Source of the DNA: an uncultured Chloroflexia bacterium
GTDB lineage: Bacteria > Chloroflexota > Chloroflexia > Thermomicrobiales > UBA6265
Direction of reading: 5' to 3'
DNA length: 64,000 bases
Assembly (NCBI GenBank): GCA_963724295.1
Contig: CAVRUC010000001.1
Coordinates: 96,001-160,000 of the forward strand
Position numbers and translations under genes: made by a program. The notes beneath the pieces are model-generated. The model did not search any database and was not told the origin of the DNA. It saw only the letters and a list, made by a program, of their open reading frames with translations. The stretch's first letter is position 1, and each line of letters starts with the position of its first letter. Positions 16,686-26,052 of the stretch are shown one piece after another.

Positions 16686-18071
16686 ATGGTCACGGCGAGT
16701 CCGGTGCGCATCGACCGCGGTCGCGTCGCGGAGCTTACGGAGCGGGAGCAGAAGAAGCTCGACGCTCGGACCACCAAGTCCGGCGAGATGTATGAACGCG
16801 CCCGGCGATCGCTTTCCGGAGGCGTGGCGTCCTCCTACCAGGTTCGCGACCCATGGCCCATCTATCTGGAAAAGGGCCGCGGTTCAAAGGTCTGGGACGT
16901 CGACGGCACCGAGATGGTCGATTTCCACAATGGGTTCGGCTCGATGGTGCAGGGGCATGCCAACCCGGCCATCGTCGAGGCCGTGCAGAGACAGGTCGCT
17001 CGCGGCACCCACTTCGCGGCCCCGGTCGAGGACGGCATCGTCGTCAGCGAGGAGCTGGTGCGGCGCTTCGGCCTGCCACAGTGGCGCTACGTCAACTCCG
17101 GTTCCGAGGCGACGATGGACGCCATTCGCATCGCCCGCGCCTTCACCGGCCGCGACACGATCGTCAAGATCTTCGGCTCCTATCACGGGCACCACGACTA
17201 CGTGATGGTCTCCATCTCCGTCCCCTACGAGAACATCGGCGACCCCGACAACTACGCCTCGCTCCCGTACGGCGCCGGTATTCCCAAGGCGGCATCCGAT
17301 CTCACGATCCCCGTACCGTTCAACGACGCCGGCGCCATGGAACGCCGCATCGAGCGGCTCTTCGAGGAAGGCCGGCCACCCGCTTGCGTCATCATGGAGC
17401 CAGCCATGATGAATCTGGGCGTGATTCTGCCCGAGCCGGGTTATCTCGAGGCGGTGCGGGAGATTACGAAACGGCATGGCGTCGTCCTGATCTTCGACGA
17501 GGTCAAGACCGGTCTCTGTGTTGCCCCCGGCGGGGCGACCGAGAAGTTCGGCGTGCTGCCGGACATGGTCACCATGGCCAAGGCGCTCGGTGGAGGCCTG
17601 CCGTCCGGCGCCATCGGCGGCAGCGAAGAGGTCATGGAAGTCGTCAACAACCACACGGTCTATCAAGTCGGGACCTACAACGGGAACCCGCTGACGATGG
17701 CCGCGGCGCGGGCGAGCCTGGAGAAAGTGCTCACGCCCGAGGCCTACGACCATCTCGACATGCTCAACGACCGGCTGATGGCTGGTTGCGACGCCGTGCT
17801 CGAGAAATACAACCTCCCCGGGTACACCGTCGGCATCAGCTCGAAAGGGTGCGTCACCTTCTCTCCGACGAAGATCACGGACTACGCCTCGTTCCAGGCG
17901 AGCCATGATGGTGAGCTGACTGATCTCGCCTGGCTCTACATGATGAATCGCGGCGTGTTCATGACTCCGGGACGCGAAGAAGAGTGGACACTCTCCGTTG
18001 CCCACTCGGTGGAGGACGCCGACACCTACATCGCCGCCTTCGAGGAACTGGCGCACGACCTGGTCGCGTAG
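16686..18071 (+). CDS. Class III PLP aminotransferase (glutamate-1-semialdehyde aminomutase-like)
   Basis: NSGSEATM, LIFDEVKTG, AKALGGGLP, GTYNGNP. Confidence 0.88.
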   Translation: MVTASPVRIDRGRVAELTEREQKKLDARTTKSGEMYERARRSLSGGVASSYQVRDPWPIYLEKGRGSKVWDVDGTEMVDFHNGFGSMVQGHANPAIVEAVQRQVARGTHFAAPVEDGIVVSEELVRRFGLPQWRYVNSGSEATMDAIRIARAFTGRDTIVKIFGSYHGHHDYVMVSISVPYENIGDPDNYASLPYGAGIPKAASDLTIPVPFNDAGAMERRIERLFEEGRPPACVIMEPAMMNLGVILPEPGYLEAVREITKRHGVVLIFDEVKTGLCVAPGGATEKFGVLPDMVTMAKALGGGLPSGAIGGSEEVMEVVNNHTVYQVGTYNGNPLTMAAARASLEKVLTPEAYDHLDMLNDRLMAGCDAVLEKYNLPGYTVGISSKGCVTFSPTKITDYASFQASHDGELTDLAWLYMMNRGVFMTPGREEEWTLSVAHSVEDADTYIAAFEELAHDLVA

Positions 18072-18092
18072 CTCATTTCCGCTCAGCCGCAT

Positions 18093-18126
18093 CAGAGGCC
18101 GCGCCGGATGCTCGGCGCGGCCTCTG
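18093..18126 (+). terminator. GC-rich hairpin after the aminotransferase
   Basis: cagaggccgcgccg-gatgct-cggcgcggcctctg, 14-bp perfect stem; no clear U tract. Confidence 0.55.
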
Positions 18127-18376
18127 TCGTGGGCATCGAACAACACGAGGGTCGCCTGTGGCGCTCGGCCACGAACTGGGACCTTTGGCGCTGCAACCTG
18201 CTTGAGCCGGTCATTGCCGTTCGTCTAGCGTACGTACGGTCTGGCTCGCGTGGGAGGGCGCTGGTCAGCCATGGTCCCGAATATGGACCGGACCCCGCCC
18301 TCCGCCACCGGTTCCCCGACGCCGGACGGCCACCGTCGGAACGACCCCTCCCACGTTCAGGAGAGGGGTACGTCCA

Positions 18377-19699
18377 ATGCGACTGGTTCGAACCGCAGCA
18401 CGATCACGCGCTCTCGGCGCACGGGTTGCCGCTGCCGTCGCCGCTTTCTCGCTTTTTGCGACCGGCGCGGCGGCGGCTCCTGCCGATCCCGCGACATTCG
18501 CCGCGCCGGCTCTGGCAGTGACATCTGCCGACGCTTGCGCCGATAGCGAAGAGGTCGGCTTCCTGGCGCTCATCAATGAGTACCGGGCGGCATCCGGACT
18601 GCGACCACTGTCGCTTTCCTCCTCGCTCTCGTCAGCCGCGGCGTACCACAGCGTCGATATGGCCGCGAACGGCTACCTGGCCCACACGCTGCTCGACGGC
18701 ACGACCGTGGTGCAAAACATGGCCAACTTTGGATACGAAGGTGGCACGCACGGTGAAAACATTGCCGCCGGTACGCAGACCGCGGCCGAAGCGATGCAGA
18801 CCTGGCAAGGGAGTGCCGAGCACAATACCAACATGCTCAATGCGAGTTTCGGAGCAATCGGGATCGGCCGCGCCTACGATCCAAACTCGCAATACGGATG
18901 GTATTGGACGACGATTTTTGGTGATGTCAGCGACGGTCCCGGCTGGCTCTGCGGGCAGGCGCCGCCACCCAGCAAGAGCCTGAGCCTGTTTCAGTCGGTT
19001 GACGGCGCCACCAGTGCCAGTGACGTCAATGTCCGCACCGGTCCTGGGGCAGAGTATGACGTGGTAACGACGCTGCCCCCGAACACGGCGATGACCGTCA
19101 CCGGCGGCGAGGTGAATGCCTTCATCCCGGTGAAGGTCGACGGGATGTTCGGTTGGGTGGCCACGGACTGGGTCGAGCGCGGCGCCGTTACGCTCGAGCA
19201 AACCGCATCGCCTAGCCAGCCGGGTACTGCCACCGCTATCCAGGCGATCGAGCTGCGAGACGCGCCGCTGGATGAAGCGGCCGCCATGGGCACGATCCCG
19301 TCCGTTGCCGTTGTGACGCTCACTGGCGAGGCTCAGGACGGTTACCTGCGAGTCGTCTACAACGGTCAGGAAGGGTGGGCGGACGCCGCATACCTCGAGG
19401 TGGCGGACAGTTCGTCGAGCGCGGGGACCGTGCAACAAGCACAGGTAGCCGAGGCGCCGGCTCCGGCCCAGGACGCGGCGTTGGCTCCAGCACCCAATCC
19501 GGGCTCGCCGGTCGGGGCAGAGGCGATCGCGACCAATAACGTAAATCTGCGGGCTCAGCCGAGTGCTACCGCGGAGATTCTGACTGTCGTCCCGGCGGGC
19601 AGTCCGGTGACACTCACTGGTTCGCAAGCCAACGGCTATTTCAACGTCCGCATCGCCGGTCAGGCAGGTTGGATCGACAGCAGGTACCTGCAACAGTAG
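18377..19699 (+). CDS. Secreted CAP (SCP) domain protein with three bacterial SH3 domains
   Basis: Signal peptide; INEYRA...HSVDMA...GENIAAG...H.TNMLN...YWTTIFG; SH3b-like VNVRTGPG, IELRDAP, VNLRAQPS. Confidence 0.88.
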   Translation: MRLVRTAARSRALGARVAAAVAAFSLFATGAAAAPADPATFAAPALAVTSADACADSEEVGFLALINEYRAASGLRPLSLSSSLSSAAAYHSVDMAANGYLAHTLLDGTTVVQNMANFGYEGGTHGENIAAGTQTAAEAMQTWQGSAEHNTNMLNASFGAIGIGRAYDPNSQYGWYWTTIFGDVSDGPGWLCGQAPPPSKSLSLFQSVDGATSASDVNVRTGPGAEYDVVTTLPPNTAMTVTGGEVNAFIPVKVDGMFGWVATDWVERGAVTLEQTASPSQPGTATAIQAIELRDAPLDEAAAMGTIPSVAVVTLTGEAQDGYLRVVYNGQEGWADAAYLEVADSSSSAGTVQQAQVAEAPAPAQDAALAPAPNPGSPVGAEAIATNNVNLRAQPSATAEILTVVPAGSPVTLTGSQANGYFNVRIAGQAGWIDSRYLQQ

Positions 19700-19779
19700 C
19701 GCTCGAGACGAATCTCTTGACTCGCGCCGCCGCTACCGCGACGATTCAATCGTGACTAGAGCGATCGCTGGAGGCGCGG

Positions 19780-20605
19780 ATGTCCGAGACACGTCTGGCC
19801 GATTACGCCTCGCTTGCTGACCAGATCGCCAGCTGGCTTCGCTTCCAGATGGAGCAGGTTGGCGCCTCCCGTCTGGTCCTGGGTCTCAGCGGCGGCATCG
19901 ATTCCGCGGTCGTTTGCGCACTCAGCACGATGGCCGCTGGCCCGTCGCGGGTGATTGCCGCCATCATGCCCATCCACTCCCGCCCGGAAGATATGCGGGA
20001 TGCGGAGCTGGTCGCGAGCGCCTTCGAAGTCGTTCCCCGCGTGATCGAACTGGTCCCAGCGCACGATGCCCTTGATCGCCGCGATGCCCGGGGACGATGC
20101 CGCCGGGCTGGAAGACGCAAACGTCGACCCGGCTCGGCAGGCAACGCGCCGCCAGCTGGCACTTGCCAACGTCAAGCCTCGCCTTCGCATGACCTCGCTC
20201 TATTTCCTCGCCAACCGCTACAACGGTCTGGTGGTTGGCACCGGGAACAAGACCGAGCTGGCGATCGGGTACTTCACCAAGTACGGCGACGGCGGGGTCG
20301 ACGTCCTGCCGCTAGGGGATCTCGACAAGACCGCGGTCCGTGGTCTGGCCCGGACGCTCGGAGTCCCCGAACCGGTGATCACCAAGGCTCCCTCGGCGGG
20401 TCTGTGGGAGGGTCAGACCGACGAGGCAGAGATTGGTGTCACCTACGAGGAGCTCGATCGAGTTCTGGCCGGCGGTGAGCTTGACGAACCCCTTGCACCC
20501 GGCACCATGGAGCGCATCTCGGCTCTCGTTACGGCATCCGAGCATAAGCGGCGTGCCATTCCGGTGTTTCGGCGGGATTCGGTCGACGTCATGTCGAGGC
20601 CATGA
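19780..20605 (+). CDS. nadE: NH3-dependent NAD+ synthetase (+1 frameshift near 20070)
   Basis: GLSGGIDS in the first frame; NVKPRLRM, GYFTKYGDG and KAPSAGLWEGQTDE in the second. Extra C in the ccc run at 20069-20071. Confidence 0.9.
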
Positions 20606-21223
20606 CCGGTCACTCCTCGTTGGCGTCGGAGACGGAGCATTGAGTTGCGGTCTCTCCGTAGACACGTTCGCGAGCTCGATCCGAAAGCGGTGGCGATCTC
20701 AGGTCTCGCCGCCGGCGCCGCCTTTGTCGCGGTGCTCGAAACCGATCTCCGGCTGACCGGCAGAAATGTGGACGACCTGATGGTCCTGGGTCGCCCATTC
20801 GTTGAGGAGCCGGCAAGGGCACGCGCCCTGGGTGGCGGTATACACGCGGTCAACTCGCTTGCGCTGGCGAGCCTGTACGCCGTGCTGGAGCGGCACATTC
20901 CGGGGCCGGCCTGGCTAAAGGGCGTCATCTTTGCCAATGTCGAAAATGTGATCCTCTACCCTGTCACCCTGTTCGAGGACATCCACCCGGCGATCCGCAC
21001 CGGCCAGGTCGACCGCTACTTCACCTGGCCGGCGTTCTGGCAGTCGGTTCCCCGGCACATCGCCTTCGGCGCGGTGCTCGGTGTTCTCTACGATCGGCTG
21101 CGACCGGCGATAACGAGCGGATCCACCCGAGTCTCACGGGATATGTCGTTCATGATCTGCGGCGCCGGGGCTGGTCTCGCGCGGAACTTGTCCCGCCGGC
21201 TCCCTGAGACTCCAGCCAGCTGA
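20602..21223 (+). CDS. Hypothetical membrane protein (probable +1 frameshift near 20636)
   Basis: ATG overlaps the nadE stop; main ORF 20645..21223 has hydrophobic segments and HIAFGAVLG. Confidence 0.65.
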
Positions 21224-21899
21224 TCGCGTCCGCGAGACTCTCCAGTCTCGCGTCGACTTCGACCGGCGCGGCCAGATGGCGTGTGTGCGCGTTCGGTACC
21301 CAGACGCGGCGCATCCCGGCCCGAGCCGCGGCCTCCAGGCCGGCCGGCGCATCCTCGAAAACGACGCAGGACCGGGGAGCAACCCCGAGCCGCTCCGCGG
21401 CCAACAGGAACAAGTCGGGCGCCGGCTTTCCAAATTGCACCTCGTCGCCGGTGACCTCGACCTCGAACCGGCCCATCAGCGCGGCTTCGGTCAGGGCGAC
21501 CTCGGCTTGGCCCCGGGAGCTGGACGTGGCCAGGGCGCGGGGCAACCCTTTGGCGGCCGCCCAATCGAGCAGTTCCACCGCGCCCACCATCGCGACGACA
21601 TTCCCTCGTAGGGCCTCGAGTCTCATTGCATCGAAGGCGACGACATGTTCGTCGAGTGGACCTGGCAGGTCATACGCCGCTGCCACTATTTCCATCGCCT
21701 CGGGGAGGCGCCGCCCCAGGGCACCCTCGAGGGTGCTCGCCAACATCTCGTGTCCGTGGCCATCGAGGAAGAGCCGCAATGCCTCCCCTGACGCGGTTTC
21801 GCTATCGACCAGCAAACCGTCCATGTCGAGGACGAGCGCCGCGATGGGCTCGGGTTGTCGGCCGCGGGGCACTGCAGACACGAATTCCTCCTGATTCAC
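21150..21899 (-). CDS. HAD-superfamily phosphatase (beta-PGM/CbbY-like)
   Basis: DMDGLLVDS, ATSS, KPAPD, FEDAPAG. Confidence 0.9.
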   Translation of the reverse strand: MNQEEFVSAVPRGRQPEPIAALVLDMDGLLVDSETASGEALRLFLDGHGHEMLASTLEGALGRRLPEAMEIVAAAYDLPGPLDEHVVAFDAMRLEALRGNVVAMVGAVELLDWAAAKGLPRALATSSSRGQAEVALTEAALMGRFEVEVTGDEVQFGKPAPDLFLLAAERLGVAPRSCVVFEDAPAGLEAAARAGMRRVWVPNAHTRHLAAPVEVDARLESLADAISWLESQGAGGTSSARDQPRRRRS

Positions 21900-22083
21900 C
21901 GTCTACCCACTTCATCCTGTGATCGCGGTTGACGGTGAAGCACGGCCTACCGCCGCCGAACGCGTCGCCGGAGTCAGACCGAACGAAACATTCCCCGCAA
22001 GATAAGAATCGCCAGACACTCTGCCGCGAAAGGAGCGATGATCGCGGCAGGCAGACATCATCGCACGCACGTGGGAGAACTCC

Positions 22084-23100
22084 ATGAGCGAAGACGGCAG
22101 TCATCCGTGGATCCGCCAGTTCCGCAAACGCGTTGGCTGGGGACTTCAAGCGTTCCCTGCACCACACGATCCCGACCCCACGTCGCGGGTGTTGGCTGCC
22201 GGGCGCCTCGCCGACACGCTCGGGTTCGACGCGTTCTTTCTCGGCGATCATCCGGCATATGCGCCCGAAGTCTGGCTGCATCTCAGTGCGCTCGCTGTTC
22301 AGACCTCGCGGGTTCGCCTCGGCTCGGTCGTCCTTTGCGCAGGCTACCGGCCGCCGGTCCTCACCGCGCGGCTAGCGGCCGACCTCGACAACCTCTCCGG
22401 CGGGCGCGTCATTCTCGGCCTCGGTCACGGTTGGAACGCCACGGAGTTCGCGCAGCTCGGCCTCCCCTTTCCCGCGGTGCCGGAGCGACAGGCAGCGTTA
22501 GCCGAATCGATCGAGATCATTCGCGGCGTCTGGGGACCAGAGCCATTCACCTATCACGGCCGCTATCACCGCACCGACAACGAGCGCGTCACCCCACCGC
22601 CGCTGCAGAAGCCATCTCCACCACTCATCGTGGCTGGGAGCGGAGAACGCACCGCGCTCAGGCTCGTGGCGCGGTACGCCGACGCCTGCAATTTTGGACC
22701 GGGACATGCCACCGGGCTAGTAAGGACGCCGGACGAAGTGCGGAGAAAGAACGCCGTGGTCGACCAGTACTGTCAGGAGGTCGGTCGCGACCCTCGCACC
22801 GTTCTGAGAACCCACTTCACAAGCTGGCTGATGCTGGCGCCAACCGATGCGGCTGCCCGCGCCAAGCTCGACCATTACTACCCCGCGGGCATCAACGAGG
22901 AGCAACAGTTCAGTCGCGTGGTTGGTACCCCTGCGCGGGTCGCCGCCTACTACCAGTCGTTGGTCGACGCCGGGATGGAGTACTTCGTGGTCCAGACGCT
23001 CGACGCCGCGGACATGGAGACGATCGAACTGCTGGCGCGCGAGGTAATCCCGCTCGTCTTACCAGCCGCGGACGCAGTCTCCGACGTGCGAAAAGCCTGA
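22084..23100 (+). CDS. LLM-class (luciferase-like) flavin/F420-dependent oxidoreductase
   Basis: GFDAFFLGDH, TSRVRLGSVV, LDNLSGGRVILGLGHGW. Confidence 0.9.
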   Translation: MSEDGSHPWIRQFRKRVGWGLQAFPAPHDPDPTSRVLAAGRLADTLGFDAFFLGDHPAYAPEVWLHLSALAVQTSRVRLGSVVLCAGYRPPVLTARLAADLDNLSGGRVILGLGHGWNATEFAQLGLPFPAVPERQAALAESIEIIRGVWGPEPFTYHGRYHRTDNERVTPPPLQKPSPPLIVAGSGERTALRLVARYADACNFGPGHATGLVRTPDEVRRKNAVVDQYCQEVGRDPRTVLRTHFTSWLMLAPTDAAARAKLDHYYPAGINEEQQFSRVVGTPARVAAYYQSLVDAGMEYFVVQTLDAADMETIELLAREVIPLVLPAADAVSDVRKA

Positions 23101-23242
23101 ACCCCCATGTCATCTCAGAATTGGCGAAGCAAACGATGTCACCGGGAGAGCCGAAGCGAGAAGCCAAATCAATCTCGAATCCGCACGAAATCCCGGTGCT
23201 ACCATCCTCACCGAGAGAGGAATCGAGCAAAGGAACAACGGT

Positions 23243-24104
23243 TTGGTTGGGGAACACCCGCGACATCAGCCTGATCTGGATGGCGCTATCGCGGCGGCGC
23301 TCGCGGCCGGCGCTATCGTGCAGAGAATTCTATGACGGAGAAACGGCGGCGACCTATGCGAAGGGCGATGGGTCTCCCGTAACCGATGCGGATCTCGCCG
23401 CGGACCAGGCGATTCGTGCTGTATTGACCGAGCGTTTTCCCAACGACGCGATCCTGAGCGAGGAGGGTCAGGACCACGACCGCCGCCTGAGCGTTTCACG
23501 GTGCTGGATCGTGGATCCGGTCGACGGCACCGAGCAGTTCATCCAGCGCACCGGGGAGTTCGACGTTCTCGTGGCGCTGGTCGAAAACGGTCGTCCTGTC
23601 GCCGCGGCCGGTTATCAACCGAGCACCCGACTCCTGATCACCGCGCTGCACGATGGAGGCGCCTGGATGCGCAGCGGAGAAAGCGCGTGGCAACGGGTGC
23701 GCCTGCAGCCCGCCGATGCTCAGTTGCGCATCGGGACGTCAAAGTGGTTTGGCTCTCCCGCTAACGCCGCCATCATCGATTCTGTCGCCAACCGACTCGG
23801 CGTCGCGCAGGAACGACCGGCCGTAACCGGGTTTTCGCCACGCATGCTTCTATCTCCAAGGGCGGTCGACGTCATGATTGGCGTGCGTCCGGGCACCGAC
23901 CAGACGATGGCGTCCGAGTGGGATTTCGCGGTGGCCGATCTGGTTATCCACGAGGCGGGCGGTATGGTGACGGATCTCATGGGCCGACAGTTCCGCTACA
24001 ACAAGCGGGTCCCAAACAATGTTGGCGGTCTGGTCGCGGCAGCCGACCCGGCGTCGCATGCCCGCGTCCTGGCCGCGCTTCAGCACGAACTGGACGGTTT
24101 GTGA
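23243..24104 (+). CDS. Inositol monophosphatase/CysQ family phosphatase (+1 frameshift near 23321)
   Basis: SPVTDADLAAD, ILSEE, WIVDPVDGT, EWDFA. The N-terminal helix DLDGAIAAALAAGAIV lies in an adjacent frame starting at TTG 23243. Confidence 0.85.
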
Positions 24105-24253
24105 CCCGATCAACATCTGGCTGCTTCGCGAGTACTGGGGTGAGACGCATCGTACCGCCAGGCAACTCTCGACGGTGGAGCCGGACAGCAACCCAAGCGC
24201 ACGGTATAGCGCCCAACGAGCACCCGAGCGAATAGACGCGATCGAGGGAACTG

Positions 24254-25693
24254 ATGTCGTTATTACAACCGGTGACCCGGGCGAGACGGCGGTCGCTCTG
24301 GCTGCAAGAGGCCCTGACGCGTGAGCCAGAGGCGGAGATGGTTGAGCCGCTGTCCGGCGGCCACCGCACCGATGTCTGCATCGTCGGTGGCGGTTACACC
24401 GGATTATGGACCGCGCTGCAGATCAAGTGGCTCGATCCCTCGGTAGACGTGATGCTGCTGGAGGCGGACATCTGCGGCTCAGGTGCAAGTGGACGTAACG
24501 GCGGATTCGTCACCAGTTGGTGGGAGAAGCTCGGTTCGCTGGTCGACAAGTACGGCGAAGAGGAAGGGATGCGGCTCGCCCGCGAGTCCGCCGCGGCCGT
24601 GGCGGCCATTGGGCAGGTTTGCACCGACTACGGCATCGACGCCGATTTCCGGCCCGGCGGCGTACTGCATACCGCCACCGCGCCGGCGCATATCGGCGCC
24701 TGGGACGAAGCCGTGCGGGCAACGCGAGCGCGTGGCATCGACGTCTTCACCGAGCTGGACCCGGCCGAGGTGGCGCGACGTGCGGGCTCACTCGTCCACC
24801 TGGGTGGGATCTGGGACCGGAGTGGCGCTCGGGTGCAACCAGCGCTGCTGGCGCGGGGACTGCGTCGGACTGCGATCGAGCATGGGGTTCGCATCTGGGA
24901 ACGGAGTCCGGTGGTCGAGGTTCTCCGCGGCCGGCCGCCAGTCGTGCGGACGACATTCGGCGCCGTAGTGGCGGAGAAGGTCGTCCTGGCCACGAACGCC
25001 TGGCTTTGCTCGCTGCCGGAAATCCGGCGGTCCGTCCTGCCCATGACCAGCGACATGGTGGCCACGGCGCCAATTCCGGAGCGGCTGGCGGAGATCGGCT
25101 GGACCGGAGACGAGTGCGTCGCCGACGCGCACCTGATGGTCCACTACTACCGGACGACCACTGACGGCCGCATTGCCTTCGGCAAGGGCGGCTGTTCGCA
25201 CGCCTACCTCGGTCGAATTACGCAATCGTTCCAGGATCCCGGACCACGCATCGCACGCACCGAGCGCTCGTTTCGCCGCATCTATCCCGCCCTTCGCGAC
25301 GTACCGATTACCCATACGTGGACTGGACCCATCGACCGCAGTGAGACAAACAGCCTGTTCTTCGGCCATCTCGATGGCAACCCCGACATTCTTTACGGGG
25401 TCGGATACTCGGGAACGGGCGTCGGTCCGTCGTATCTCGGGGGGCGGGTGCTGGCCTCGACCGCGCTCGAGCGCCACGATGAATGGCAGGACAGCCCCAT
25501 CAACCGCGGGCCGCGGTCGCTCTATCCCTACGACCCGATTCGATACGTCGGCGGTAATGTCGTGCGCGCGGCGGTGCTCCGCAAGGAAGCGGATCTCAAC
25601 GCCGGGCGAGCGTCAGCACCGGTCGTCGAGCTCCTGCACAGGTTCGTTCCGTCTGGATTGCGCGAGGCAAACCTGAACCCCCCACCCGGCTGA
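24254..25693 (+). CDS. FAD-dependent oxidoreductase (DadA/PuuB family)
   Basis: DVCIVGGGYTGLWTA, GASGRNGG, GYSGTGV. Confidence 0.88.
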   Translation: MSLLQPVTRARRRSLWLQEALTREPEAEMVEPLSGGHRTDVCIVGGGYTGLWTALQIKWLDPSVDVMLLEADICGSGASGRNGGFVTSWWEKLGSLVDKYGEEEGMRLARESAAAVAAIGQVCTDYGIDADFRPGGVLHTATAPAHIGAWDEAVRATRARGIDVFTELDPAEVARRAGSLVHLGGIWDRSGARVQPALLARGLRRTAIEHGVRIWERSPVVEVLRGRPPVVRTTFGAVVAEKVVLATNAWLCSLPEIRRSVLPMTSDMVATAPIPERLAEIGWTGDECVADAHLMVHYYRTTTDGRIAFGKGGCSHAYLGRITQSFQDPGPRIARTERSFRRIYPALRDVPITHTWTGPIDRSETNSLFFGHLDGNPDILYGVGYSGTGVGPSYLGGRVLASTALERHDEWQDSPINRGPRSLYPYDPIRYVGGNVVRAAVLRKEADLNAGRASAPVVELLHRFVPSGLREANLNPPPG

Positions 25694-25778
25694 TGGAAGG
25701 CCCGCTTGCCGATCCGTCACCTTGAGGCTACGCTCCAGCCAGGCGAAACCGAAGCGGCGGGCGCGGGAGGAGCATGGC

Positions 25779-26042
25779 ATGGAGACGTACAACATTTATA
25801 TGGACGAGGCGCCGGCGGCGGGGGATACCAATGGCGACGAGGGGTGGGAGGTCGAGTTCCGCGTCGTGGGACAGAGCATTGACGACGGCGACCCCGAAAA
25901 CAATGCCGTTCTGGCCGGGCTCGATCTTGTGGACCTGATCAACTTGCGCGATGCCCTGCAGCAGGAGATCGACAACTTCGCATTGACGGCATTGGAGACT
26001 CAGGCAATGGTCAGCGATACCGGCGAGGAGCTCATGCCGTAA
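25779..26042 (+). CDS. Small acidic hypothetical protein
   Basis: GGAGGAG RBS; METYNIYMDE...LDLVDLINLRDALQQEIDNFAL. Confidence 0.7.
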   Translation: METYNIYMDEAPAAGDTNGDEGWEVEFRVVGQSIDDGDPENNAVLAGLDLVDLINLRDALQQEIDNFALTALETQAMVSDTGEELMP

Positions 26043-26052
26043 ATGCGCGCGA

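Noticed and set aside
16686..18071. Assigning hemL to either class III aminotransferase
   Set aside because: Both are GSA-like but divergent, with no tetrapyrrole genes adjacent; the substrate cannot be determined by eye.
22038..24104. 688-aa ORF as a single protein
   Set aside because: The N-terminal part is an off-frame overlap of the LLM gene; only the last ~260 aa are the CysQ-like phosphatase.
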